DNA of 32,000 nt from Pseudodesulfovibrio piezophilus C1TLV30. GTDB lineage: Bacteria; Desulfobacterota; Desulfovibrionia; Desulfovibrionales; Desulfovibrionaceae. Where the stretch lies: NCBI RefSeq assembly GCF_000341895.1, contig NC_020409.1:1200001-1232000 (forward strand), read 5' to 3'. The notes under the pieces are model-generated. The model did no database searches. It saw nothing but the letters and a program-made list of their open reading frames with translations, and was not told the origin of the DNA. The stretch's first letter is position 1. Every line of letters starts with the position of its first letter. Shown in pieces: positions 9,940-19,396 of this stretch. The position numbers were made by a program, and so were the translations under genes.

Positions 9940-11385
9940 TCAGTTTTCACGCTCATCGCCGGACAAACCAACCTTCTTGAGTTTTCGAAAGATTGTTGTC
10001 CGATTGATTTTGAGCCGCTCAGCGGCTTCGGTCATCGAACCGTACCGTTCAATGGCGTGCAATAAATACTGAGCTTCCACCTCCGCCATAATCGTTTTGA
10101 AATCCTTTCCCTGCTCATTCTCGATATCAAATCCGATCTGCCCCGGTTCACACTGCATGGCAGAGGAATCAAGCATCCGCATAGGGAGGTGCCGCAACTC
10201 CACACGCTCATCATGGGTGGTGACAGCCAGGCTATGCATCAAGTTCTCCATCTCGCGGATATTCCCATCCCAGCGATAATTGAGCATGGCCTCCTCCACC
10301 TTGGCCGAGAGCTTGAGGTTACGCTTGTATTTGGTATTGAACTGTTTGCGAAAGTAGAAGAGCATGGCATGGATATCCTCACCACGCTCACGCAAAGGGG
10401 GTATACGTATAACCGCCACATGGAGACGGTAAAAAAGATCACTCCGAAAATTTCCCTGCCGGACCTCTTCCTCCAGATCTCTGTTGGTAGCCGCGATGAT
10501 GCGCACATCGATCTGGCGTGCCCTCGTTGCTCCGACCCGCTGTATTTCACTATTCTGAAGCACCCGAAGAAGCTTGCTCTGCATGGAGAGTGGCAACTCA
10601 CCTATCTCGTCGAGGAACAAAGTCCCCTTATCCGCCATCTCAAACATCCCGGCCTTGCCTCGAGAATCTGCGCCGGAAAATGCTCCGGGCGCATAACCAA
10701 ACAGCTCTGATTCAATGAGATTCTCCGGGATTGATGTACAGTCGACCTTGAGAAATGGTTGTCCCTTGCGCGTGCTCTTCTCATGCACCTCGCGAGCCAT
10801 GACATCCTTTCCCACGCCGGTCTCGCCGAGAAACAAAATGGTGGCATCAGTCCTTGCCACCCGTCTCACCTGATCATAGAGGTCCACCATAACGGAACTG
10901 GAAGGCTGATACAGACTCTCATTATGCTGTTGGATCTCATGTTTATACTTATTGATGAGCTGTTTTTGGGCGACCACCTGCTCCTTGAGCTGGGAGATCA
11001 ACGCAATATCGCGCACAAATGTGACAACCAACTCCACATCCTCGTCATAATCAAAAATGGGATGAGCCATGAGGACGACCTTGCGCCCTTTATTGGTCAT
11101 TTGCACTGCGGTGGCTGCCTTCTTGGTCTGCACCACCTTGGCGTTCAGAGCGAGATCAAAGACCCCACTCTCAACAAGGTCTTTGACGTTCTTGCCAACA
11201 ATATCCTCGGACTTCAGGCCGGTCAGATTTTCGTACATTTCGTTGACAGTCAGGGTTTCGCCTTTGTTGTCTGTAATATACAAACCGTCCCGCATAGTAT
11301 CAAAGACCTGACACAGATAGCTGGAAATCAAATATTTGTTCTTTGATGCAATGCGGCGAGACCGCTTTCCCGTATTATTCTTCAT
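9940..11385 (-). CDS. sigma54-dependent transcriptional activator (PAS sensor, AAA+, Fis-type HTH)
   Basis: N-terminal PAS-like segment ([29 protein letters not shown]). Walker A GETGVGKD, sigma54-contact loop GAFSGA and Walker [11 protein letters not shown] are present. The C-terminal HTH is [25 protein letters not shown] lies 6 nt upstream of the ATG. Confidence 0.9.
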   Translation of the reverse strand: MKNNTGKRSRRIASKNKYLISSYLCQVFDTMRDGLYITDNKGETLTVNEMYENLTGLKSEDIVGKNVKDLVESGVFDLALNAKVVQTKKAATAVQMTNKGRKVVLMAHPIFDYDEDVELVVTFVRDIALISQLKEQVVAQKQLINKYKHEIQQHNESLYQPSSSVMVDLYDQVRRVARTDATILFLGETGVGKDVMAREVHEKSTRKGQPFLKVDCTSIPENLIESELFGYAPGAFSGADSRGKAGMFEMADKGTLFLDEIGELPLSMQSKLLRVLQNSEIQRVGATRARQIDVRIIAATNRDLEEEVRQGNFRSDLFYRLHVAVIRIPPLRERGEDIHAMLFYFRKQFNTKYKRNLKLSAKVEEAMLNYRWDGNIREMENLMHSLAVTTHDERVELRHLPMRMLDSSAMQCEPGQIGFDIENEQGKDFKTIMAEVEAQYLLHAIERYGSMTEAAERLKINRTTIFRKLKKVGLSGDEREN

Positions 11386-11416
11386 GTGCGTCCTTTCCGA
11401 CTCGGGAGTTCTTTCA

Positions 11417-12145
11417 TCAGAAACAGGAGAGTATCACTGATACCCCGGCGGTCATGATCACGACCAGAATGATTTTTCGGTATACCGCCTGTGTGACACA
11501 TCGTGAAGCCAGTATCCCCACACCCCCGCCCACAAGGGTTGCGGGAATTCCCATGGCCGAATAGTTCAGAGTCTCCATAGTCTCTGAGCCGGTGAGAATC
11601 TGCCCTACCAATAGAGTAATGCCTGATAACACAAAGCAAGCCCCCAACATTCCTTTAGCTGTTTTCTGTTCCCAACCGCCCATGGAAACATAAACCGCAA
11701 GCGGCGGGCCATTAAAGCTGAACAACGCTCCAAGCATGGTAGAGAAAAACCCCGCAACGACTCCCCATCGGCCATACGACCGCCCCTGAACCACAATGCG
11801 TTGTCGCAACAAAGAATCAATGCCGTAGAACACGAGAAACAGGCCCATGGCTAATCGGAGCCATTCATCCGGTATGGACTGCATTATCAGCATCCCCGCC
11901 GCCACACCGAGCACGCCACCCGAAGCGACAAAGCGCATGGCTCGCCATGGGATGTGATGACGGTACACCCAGGCCATCTGGAGATTGAGCATAATGATAA
12001 TGGGCATGGCGCTGACCACCGCCGTCTCCATGGGAAGGACTGTTGTCACCACGGGCATGGCGACCATTGCAGCACCGAATCCGGCAAGATTATTGACCAC
12101 TCCGGCAGCGAACCAGGCAGCACAAAAGATGACTGTATCGAACAT
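11417..12145 (-). CDS. TauE/SafE (DUF81) family membrane anion transporter, putative sulfite or sulfonate transporter
   Basis: 242-aa polytopic protein with two Gly-rich repeat halves typical of DUF81 (NNLAGFGAAMVAMPVV ... GIPATLVGGGVG). Only 31 nt separate it from the downstream regulator gene. Confidence 0.75.
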   Translation of the reverse strand: MFDTVIFCAAWFAAGVVNNLAGFGAAMVAMPVVTTVLPMETAVVSAMPIIIMLNLQMAWVYRHHIPWRAMRFVASGGVLGVAAGMLIMQSIPDEWLRLAMGLFLVFYGIDSLLRQRIVVQGRSYGRWGVVAGFFSTMLGALFSFNGPPLAVYVSMGGWEQKTAKGMLGACFVLSGITLLVGQILTGSETMETLNYSAMGIPATLVGGGVGILASRCVTQAVYRKIILVVIMTAGVSVILSCF

Positions 12146-12157
12146 GGTTTTAAACTA

Positions 12158-12172
12158 GCAAATTACCTGCCA
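12158..12172 (-). promoter_or_regulatory. sigma54-type promoter in front of the tauE-like/regulator operon
   Basis: The minus strand reads TGGCAG-GTAAT-TTGC with correct GG/GC spacing. The -12 element ends only 12 nt before the ATG. Confidence 0.55.
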
Positions 12173-12226
12173 TGTTCTGTTGCGCGATGCAATCGGATAA
12201 AAGGAAAGAGCTTCGAATCAAATGCA

Positions 12227-12241
12227 TGGTATGGACCTTGC
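12227..12241 (+). promoter_or_regulatory. sigma54-type promoter of the amidohydrolase gene
   Basis: TGGTAT-GGACC-TTGC(T) with correct GG/GC spacing, 47 nt upstream of ATG 12289. Confidence 0.6.
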
Positions 12242-12288
12242 TTTATCTGGGTGCGCAAACGCGCAGCCAACCATAAGGAGTTATTTCA

Positions 12289-13125
12289 ATGAAGGTTATT
12301 GATTTCAGATTCAGGCCCAATACCCCAGAAGTCATCACCGGCATCGCCAACAGCGCCATGTTCAAGGACTTGTGTGAAGCTATCGATTTCCACAAACAAA
12401 AAGCAGAACCGTTTGACCAGATTATCGAAGGACTTGATAAACATAACGTGGTCAAAGCCGTCATTACCGGCCGCGATTGCGAGACCACATACGCATCCAT
12501 GGCCAACGGCAATAGTGCCGTGCTCGACTTCTGCACGAAAGCACCTGAAAAATACTTTGGATTCTGGGGTATTGATCCACACAAGGGTATGGACGCCATT
12601 TACGACCTGCAACAGGCCGTGACCGAGAATGAAACCATCAACGGAGCTGCCATAGACCCGTACCTGGCTAAGATTTATCCCAATGACGCCAAATATTATC
12701 CCGTCTACGCCAAGTGCTGTGAACTCGACATTCCCATCATTTTCACCACCGGTACTGCCAGCTTCGTACCGGGCGCGGTCATCGACCATGTGGCCCCACG
12801 CTACATCGACTTTGTTGCCCGCGACTTCCCTGATCTCAAAATCATCATGAGCCACGGAGGGTATCCGTGGGTCAATGAATCCATTATCGTGGCTCAGCGC
12901 AACAAGAACGTGTTCATTGAATTCTCCGAATATGAGCTGTGGCCCATGGGTCATGTCTATGTCGAAGCAGCTAATACCACCATTCCAGACAAGATCATGT
13001 ATGCCAGCGCCCACCCATTCATCGATTACCGTGAGCAGTTGGGAAAGTATGCGGCACTCCCATTTGCGGACGATGTCAGAGAGAAAGTGATGTACGGCAA
13101 TGCTGCCAGAATTCTCGGACTGTAA
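12289..13125 (+). CDS. amidohydrolase-2 (TIM-barrel, COG2159-like) family protein with non-canonical active-site motifs
   Basis: 278 aa with family-like strand motifs (MKVIDFRFRP, IIMSHGGYPW, MYASAHPF, YGNAARILGL). AAGGAG lies upstream of the ATG. Confidence 0.75.
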   Translation: MKVIDFRFRPNTPEVITGIANSAMFKDLCEAIDFHKQKAEPFDQIIEGLDKHNVVKAVITGRDCETTYASMANGNSAVLDFCTKAPEKYFGFWGIDPHKGMDAIYDLQQAVTENETINGAAIDPYLAKIYPNDAKYYPVYAKCCELDIPIIFTTGTASFVPGAVIDHVAPRYIDFVARDFPDLKIIMSHGGYPWVNESIIVAQRNKNVFIEFSEYELWPMGHVYVEAANTTIPDKIMYASAHPFIDYREQLGKYAALPFADDVREKVMYGNAARILGL

Positions 13126-13169
13126 AACTTTGCTTGCCCTCAGGCTAAACGGCATATGCAGTTAGGCCA

Positions 13170-13205
13170 ATGCCTTGGTCGAAAGGCTCGGCCAAGGCAT
13201 CTTTT
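13170..13205 (+). terminator. rho-independent terminator after the amidohydrolase gene
   Basis: ATGCCTTGG-(13 nt)-CCAAGGCAT forms a 9-bp stem followed by CTTTT. Confidence 0.6.
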
Positions 13206-13362
13206 AAGAGCCAATATCCTTGTTTTCCTGACTCGTAAAAGCTCATTAAACCACTCCCTCTCCCATGGCCGCCAGCGAATAAAAAGCTTAGTGCCTTCCT
13301 GTCTGACCACAAAATATTTTTCTTACCCACCAAAAGACAGACGATGCAAAAACGCACCATGT

Positions 13363-13374
13363 TGCAACTTTGCA
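13363..13374. promoter_or_regulatory. candidate UAS box TGCAACTTTGCA
   Basis: With flanks it reads GTTGCAACTTTGCATC, which matches the 9759 box at 13 of 16 positions. It lies about 270 bp upstream of the TRAP sigma54 promoter. Confidence 0.45.
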
Positions 13375-13440
13375 TCAAGTTTAAAACTTGTGTAAATTAA
13401 AGTATTTAATCGAGATGCTACAAAAATGTATCGTGACCAA

Positions 13441-13452
13441 TGCAGGTTTGCA
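13441..13452. promoter_or_regulatory. candidate UAS box TGCAGGTTTGCA
   Basis: Same TGCA-NN-TTTGCA family, about 190 bp upstream of the TRAP sigma54 promoter. Confidence 0.45.
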
Positions 13453-13461
13453 ACGTCCGAC

Positions 13462-13569
13462 GGTTATTGATACGTCTTATCCACTGCACCGGGATCACAT
13501 AGTCTTCACCAATCGCCCTCTCCCTACTACCGCTTGTTTTCATTTAACTTTACCCGGTATTGATACGTC
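13462..13569 (+). repeat. two direct copies of GGT(T)ATTGATACGTC
   Basis: Copies lie at 13462-13476 and 13556-13569, about 94 bp apart, between the TGCA boxes and the sigma54 promoter. Confidence 0.6.
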
Positions 13570-13632
13570 ATCTAAAAAATCATGACTGTTTTAGTCAGAT
13601 TTTTTCACTGATAATGAATTGTTTCACAAAGC

Positions 13633-13647
13633 TGGCACATCATTTGC
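13633..13647 (+). promoter_or_regulatory. sigma54 (-24/-12) promoter of the TRAP transporter operon
   Basis: TGGCAC-ATCAT-TTGC(T) is an exact consensus match, 60 nt upstream of the dctP-like start. Confidence 0.85.
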
Positions 13648-13665
13648 TCAAATGGGGTTAGGTAA

Positions 13666-14730
<1,065 letters not shown>

Positions 14731-14760
14731 GCTGGTCCCGAAAGACATAAGGAATATCTC

Positions 14761-16644
14761 ATGGAACACGTAATACCGCCGACACATACTACCGAAGAAG
14801 CGCCAAAAAAAGGGCTAATCAGCTGGATCGACGAGAATATCGAGAAGCCCTTCCTTTTTATCGGGTTACTCTCCATCATCCTGATCATCACCTTTCAAAC
14901 CTTTTACCGCTACGTCATCACACAATTCACCGATGGCGCGGGGTCCGCAGTCTGGACCGAAGAGCTTGCACGGTTCATTTTCATCTGGATCTCATATCTG
15001 GCAGCTTCCATTGCTATCAAACGCCGTGAGAATATCCGCGTCGATTTCATTTATGACAGGCTACCCAAGAGCTGGCAGCCAACGTTCTGGATCGTCAATG
15101 ACCTCTGCTATCTGGTGTTGGGCATCGTGGTTTTGGTCATGGGAACCGACCTTGTCAGCTTCCAAATCCGCTTCCCGCAGATCGCCCCGGCCCTTCAGAT
15201 CCCCTACTACATCCCCTATATGATCCTGCCTATCGGGTTTGGTCTCATGAGTATCCGGCTCGTGCAGGATATCATGAAGGAGATCAAGACTGCTGGCATC
15301 AAATCCCTCGGAGCTGCCATCGTGATCACTGCGGCCATCTTCGCCCCTGTGATCCTCGGCATTGACATCGCTACCACCACCATTCTCTTCGGCTACTTCG
15401 CCCTCTTCCTGGTAGTCGGCGTCCCCATCGGCATCAGCCTCGGCTTGGCTTCCCTGGTCACCCTGATCGGCTCCGGCACGCTGCCCATCGATTACATAGC
15501 CCAGGTTTCCTTTACTTCGATTGATTCATTCCCGATCATGGCGATCCCGTTCTTCATCGCCGCGGGTATCTTCATGGGGTCCGGAGGACTGTCCACCAGA
15601 CTACTGAATCTGGCCGACGAATTGCTCGGCCCCCTGCCCGGTGGCATGGCTCTCGCAACCATCGCTACCTGCATGTTCTTCGCGGCCATATCCGGCTCCG
15701 GCCCGGCCACTGTCGCGGCCATCGGTTCGCTGACTATCCCGGCCATGATCGAGCGTGGATATGACAAGTACTTTGCCTGCGCGATTGTTGCCGCAGCTGG
15801 TGCTATCGGGGTCATGATCCCGCCTTCCAATCCGTTCGTCATTTACGGTGTCGCCTCCCAAAGTTCCATCGGCAAACTGTTCATCGCCGGTGTCGTTCCC
15901 GGTGTACTCACCGGACTTGTTCTGATGGGCTTCAGCTATTGGTACTCAAAGAAAAAAGGATGGATGGGCGAAGCCAAAGAACGTTCCGTCACCTCCATCT
16001 CCAAGGCTTTTTGGGATGCCAAACTTGCGCTGATGGTTCCGGTCATCGTTCTCGGTGGCATCTATGGCGGCTTGATGACTCCCACCGAGGCTGCCGCCGT
16101 TGCAGCCTTCTATGGCCTGATCGTCGGTCTCTTCGTCTACAAGGGGCTCAACATGGGCAACATAGTGGACGCCTTCATGGAAGTCTGCTCAACCTCGGCC
16201 ATCGTCATCATCCTCATGGCCATGGCAACCGTGTTCGGCTACGTTATGACCGTTGAGCAGGTTCCAGCCAAGATCGCATCCTTCATCCTTGGTGTCACGG
16301 AAAGCAAGATCGTCATCCTGCTGCTCATCAACGTCCTGCTGCTCATCATCGGCACCTTCATGGAGGCTCTGGCCGCCATCGTCATTCTCGTACCGATCCT
16401 GCTTCCAATCGTGACCAAGGTCGGTGTCGATCCTGTCCACTTCGGTATCATCATGGTCGTCAACCTTGCCATTGGATTCGTGACCCCACCAGTCGGCGTC
16501 AACCTATTCGTGGCCTCAAGTGTCGCCAAAGTGAAGCTGGAGGATATCTCCAAACAGATTCTGCCGATCCTCGGATTGATGATCCTTGTCTTGCTGGCGG
16601 TCACCTACATCCCGGAAATATCGTTGATATTCGTCGGCGACTAG
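14761..16644 (+). CDS. TRAP transporter fused small/large permease (DctQ-DctM fusion)
   Basis: 627-aa polytopic ORF. The N-terminal ~190 aa are DctQ-like, followed by a ~430-aa DctM-like domain. AAGGAA lies upstream of the ATG. Confidence 0.9.
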   Translation: MEHVIPPTHTTEEAPKKGLISWIDENIEKPFLFIGLLSIILIITFQTFYRYVITQFTDGAGSAVWTEELARFIFIWISYLAASIAIKRRENIRVDFIYDRLPKSWQPTFWIVNDLCYLVLGIVVLVMGTDLVSFQIRFPQIAPALQIPYYIPYMILPIGFGLMSIRLVQDIMKEIKTAGIKSLGAAIVITAAIFAPVILGIDIATTTILFGYFALFLVVGVPIGISLGLASLVTLIGSGTLPIDYIAQVSFTSIDSFPIMAIPFFIAAGIFMGSGGLSTRLLNLADELLGPLPGGMALATIATCMFFAAISGSGPATVAAIGSLTIPAMIERGYDKYFACAIVAAAGAIGVMIPPSNPFVIYGVASQSSIGKLFIAGVVPGVLTGLVLMGFSYWYSKKKGWMGEAKERSVTSISKAFWDAKLALMVPVIVLGGIYGGLMTPTEAAAVAAFYGLIVGLFVYKGLNMGNIVDAFMEVCSTSAIVIILMAMATVFGYVMTVEQVPAKIASFILGVTESKIVILLLINVLLLIIGTFMEALAAIVILVPILLPIVTKVGVDPVHFGIIMVVNLAIGFVTPPVGVNLFVASSVAKVKLEDISKQILPILGLMILVLLAVTYIPEISLIFVGD

Positions 16645-16973
16645 CGATTCACAAACTCACTCATGCCCTCCGTACAGGAACTGTTCGGGGGGCTTCTTAT
16701 GCGGCCCCACGTCAAGGAGGATGGACCTCGTTGTCCATCTCAATGGAGGTCATGGCAAAACTGAAACAAGCAAGAACTCATGTTCCTTTCCAAGAAAAAA
16801 TCCTTATTGCAACGTATATCCAAAAAACCAAAACAGACAGCCCTCCCCAATATATTGGACATAAGTTCCCACAGACCTCTTGCCTCGTCCAACCTTCTTT
16901 CCAACACAGGCCCTCCTTCGAAAGAAGTTGAATTATCCACAAAGAAATATTCCGTTCTTGACAAGCAAAACAC

Positions 16974-16989
16974 TTGGCAGTATTGCCAA
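16974..16989. promoter_or_regulatory. palindromic operator candidate TTGGCA-GTAT-TGCCAA at the arsR-1 promoter
   Basis: A 6-4-6 inverted repeat that overlaps a TTGACA (16958-16963), 17-nt spacer, TATTGC arrangement and ends 4 nt before ATG 16994. Confidence 0.45.
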
Positions 16990-16993
16990 ATGA

Positions 16994-17299
16994 ATGCACA
17001 CGGATATTGTCATAACAAAACAATTCAAGGAACGCGCGAAGATCATGAAGGCCATGGCACACCCTTCACGACTCATGATGGTTGATGCTCTCTCCCACGG
17101 AGAAAAGTGCGTGTGTGACCTGCGGGAACTTGTTGGATCGGACATGTCAACCGTCTCCAAGCATCTCTCTGTCTTGAAAAAGGCTGGCATCGTGGAGGAT
17201 GACCGTCGCGGGAAGCAAGTTTATTATCGTCTACGAGTTCCCTGCATTTTAAATTTTTTCCATTGTATTGAGTCTGTTCTGGACGCAAATAAGCAATAA
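16994..17299 (+). CDS. arsR: ArsR/SmtB-family metalloregulator
   Basis: 101 aa with a winged-helix core (AHPSRLMMVDAL ... CVCDL ... STVSKHLSVLKKAGIV). The CVC metalloid-binding motif sits in helix 3. An alternative start is at ATG 17045. Confidence 0.85.
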   Translation: MHTDIVITKQFKERAKIMKAMAHPSRLMMVDALSHGEKCVCDLRELVGSDMSTVSKHLSVLKKAGIVEDDRRGKQVYYRLRVPCILNFFHCIESVLDANKQ

Positions 17300-17332
17300 T
17301 TTTTTTAGCTAAACACTTGGCGGAATAACCAA

Positions 17333-18430
17333 ATGAAAGATGTGAAGACTCCATCAAACAAGACAAATGAAGCGGAACAAAACGTCGAACCAGAAATAGC
17401 AATCAAAGGGAGCGGGATAATGCTCCAGCTTGCACTCGGGGGTATCGCAGTTGCTGTATGGTATGGAATATACAGTCAACTACTGCCTTTTGCCAATTGG
17501 TTCGCATATTCCCTCCTGGGTCTTTCTCCCCAAAGCCATCTGGGCTCCGCTATTCAATTTTTCGTTTACGACACGCCAAAAGTACTCATGCTCCTTTTGT
17601 TGGTGGTCTTTTTCGTTGGCATTGTGCGCTCATTTGTGACGGTCGACTGGACGCGACGGATACTTGCAGGAAAGAAGAAATCTATTGGTAATATTCTCGC
17701 AGCGCTCCTTGGGGTTGTCACACCATTTTGTTCCTGCTCGGCTGTCCCCCTGTTCATCGGATTCATGACTGCCGGAGTGCCACTTGGCGTTACCTTTTCC
17801 TTTCTCATCTCAGCTCCAATGGTTAATGAAATTGCTCTTGTCCTGCTTTATGGTTTGCTTGGGTGGAAGGTTGCCGCGCTGTATTTTGTCACAGGCATCA
17901 GCGTGGCCATCGTTGCTGGCTGGGTGATGGGGCGCATGAAGTTGGAAGCTCATGTCGAAGATTGGGTCATGGCTATCCGTGCGGGAGAAAGTGGCCTTGA
18001 TGATCAACAGATGACTTGGAAGCAACGATTTCATTCTGCGCTTGATTCGGTCAGGGACATCGTCGGACGAGTGTGGAAATTTGTCGTCATTGGTATCGCC
18101 GTTGGAGCTGGTATCCACGGCTATGTACCGGAAGGGTATCTGGCAGGTATCATGGGCGATTCAACATGGTGGTCGGTGCCACTTTCAGTCGTCATAGGCA
18201 TCCCGATGTACACCAATGCCGCAGGAGTCATTCCCGTGGTAGAAGCATTGCTCGGCAAGGGGGCGGCCCTCGGCACTGTCTTAGCCTTCATGATGAGCGT
18301 CATTGCGCTGTCTTTCCCGGAAATGGTCATCCTTCGCAAGGTACTAAAACCTCGTCTCATCGCCATCTTCATTGGCGTTGTGGGCTGTGGCATATTGTTT
18401 GTCGGCTACCTGTTCAACGCTATAATTTAA
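17333..18430 (+). CDS. COG0701/DUF318 permease, ArsP-like
   Basis: 365-aa polytopic protein with an intramembrane TPFCSCSAVP motif (a Cys-x-Cys pair). It has the usual arsR / permease / small thioredoxin-like protein synteny. Confidence 0.75.
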   Translation: MKDVKTPSNKTNEAEQNVEPEIAIKGSGIMLQLALGGIAVAVWYGIYSQLLPFANWFAYSLLGLSPQSHLGSAIQFFVYDTPKVLMLLLLVVFFVGIVRSFVTVDWTRRILAGKKKSIGNILAALLGVVTPFCSCSAVPLFIGFMTAGVPLGVTFSFLISAPMVNEIALVLLYGLLGWKVAALYFVTGISVAIVAGWVMGRMKLEAHVEDWVMAIRAGESGLDDQQMTWKQRFHSALDSVRDIVGRVWKFVVIGIAVGAGIHGYVPEGYLAGIMGDSTWWSVPLSVVIGIPMYTNAAGVIPVVEALLGKGAALGTVLAFMMSVIALSFPEMVILRKVLKPRLIAIFIGVVGCGILFVGYLFNAII

Positions 18431-18452
18431 ATAAAGAACAAAGGAGATTATT

Positions 18453-18683
18453 ATGAAAATTCAAGTCATGGGACCAGGGTGCCCGAAATGCGCTGAAGCG
18501 GAAAAGAACGTCAAAGAGGCTGTCGCAGAAAGCGGTCTTGAAGCAGAAGTCGTGAAGGTCTCTGATTTTCAGGAAATAGCTTCCTTCGGCGTCTTCTCCA
18601 CACCTGCCGTGGCAATCGATGGTCAAGTCAAGGTCGTTGGCAAAGCTCCCAGTAAAAAAGAAGTGCTGGAGTGGCTGAAATAA
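18453..18683 (+). CDS. small thioredoxin-fold protein (redox-active disulfide protein 2 type)
   Basis: 76 aa, MKIQVMGPGCPKC..., with a CPKC redox motif. AAGGAG lies 7 nt upstream. Confidence 0.85.
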   Translation: MKIQVMGPGCPKCAEAEKNVKEAVAESGLEAEVVKVSDFQEIASFGVFSTPAVAIDGQVKVVGKAPSKKEVLEWLK

Positions 18684-18969
18684 TTCATCAACAAGACAGA
18701 CTTGTGTTCTTTCGGACAAAATCTGCGCTCATGCCTGCACAAAGTTCATCGTCGCCTCTCCGAAGACTGCCGACATGAGCGAACTTCCCGAGAGAACCGA
18801 CTGGCGGCGACTCGGTAGCACACTCAGATGACCGGTTTCGTCAGAGCTGGAGAAATATCTAAAAAAAACAATAAAACTGTCGGATTAAGAGTGACAAAAA
18901 ACCATTCTTGATAGCCAGAAAAACTCTCCCACAGAGAACCTTTTACCATCTCCAAGGAGACAATTCGTT

Positions 18970-19389
18970 TTGCAAAAAATCATTTCTCTCACTCTCAGCC
19001 TCATGCTGCTGGGAGTATTTCTTGTTGCCTGCTCCCAGGAAACACCCATACCGGAAAAGGAGGTCTCATCATCTGACCTGATTTCGGGCAAACCACAGGA
19101 CCTGCCGGTTCAAGGGATGGTTACCATGGTAGACATCGGTGCTCATGAGTGTATCCCATGCAAGATGATGACACCGATAATCGAAGAGCTATCCCAGCAA
19201 TATGAAGGAAAGGCGGTAATCGCATTCATTGATGTCTGGGAACATCGTACGGAAGGCTCAAAGTACGGCATCAGCTCAATCCCCACGCAAATATTCTATG
19301 ATGCTCAAGGCAAAGAACGCTTTCGCCACGTCGGCTTTCTGGATAAAGACAGTATCGTGAAAAAACTGGCTGAACTGGGCGTTAAGTAG
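18970..19389 (+). CDS. thioredoxin-family lipoprotein (extracytoplasmic, CIPC active site)
   Basis: TTG start with AAGGAG 10 nt upstream. Lipobox LVAC is present. The thioredoxin fold carries HECIPCK, and PT follows later (SIPTQIFYD, the cis-Pro region). Confidence 0.8.
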   Translation: MQKIISLTLSLMLLGVFLVACSQETPIPEKEVSSSDLISGKPQDLPVQGMVTMVDIGAHECIPCKMMTPIIEELSQQYEGKAVIAFIDVWEHRTEGSKYGISSIPTQIFYDAQGKERFRHVGFLDKDSIVKKLAELGVK

Positions 19390-19396
19390 GTCCACA

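Noticed and set aside
12286-13155. 289-aa minus-strand ORF covering the amidohydrolase gene
   Set aside because: It is an antisense shadow ORF. The plus-strand frame has amidohydrolase family motifs, an SD, a promoter and a terminator. The minus frame has none.
16731-16931. 66-aa ORF (TTG start) preceded by a strong AAGGAGG at 16714-16720, downstream of the TRAP operon
   Set aside because: The translation has no recognisable domain or hydrophobic pattern. The SD-like sequence lies within a hairpin region (16720-16739). There is not enough evidence to call a small protein, though ribosome profiling could revisit this.
16974-16989. TTGGCAG...TTGCC as a fifth sigma54 promoter
   Set aside because: The GG to GC spacing is three nt too short for a -24/-12 promoter. 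The element is a 6-4-6 palindrome better explained as an ArsR operator.
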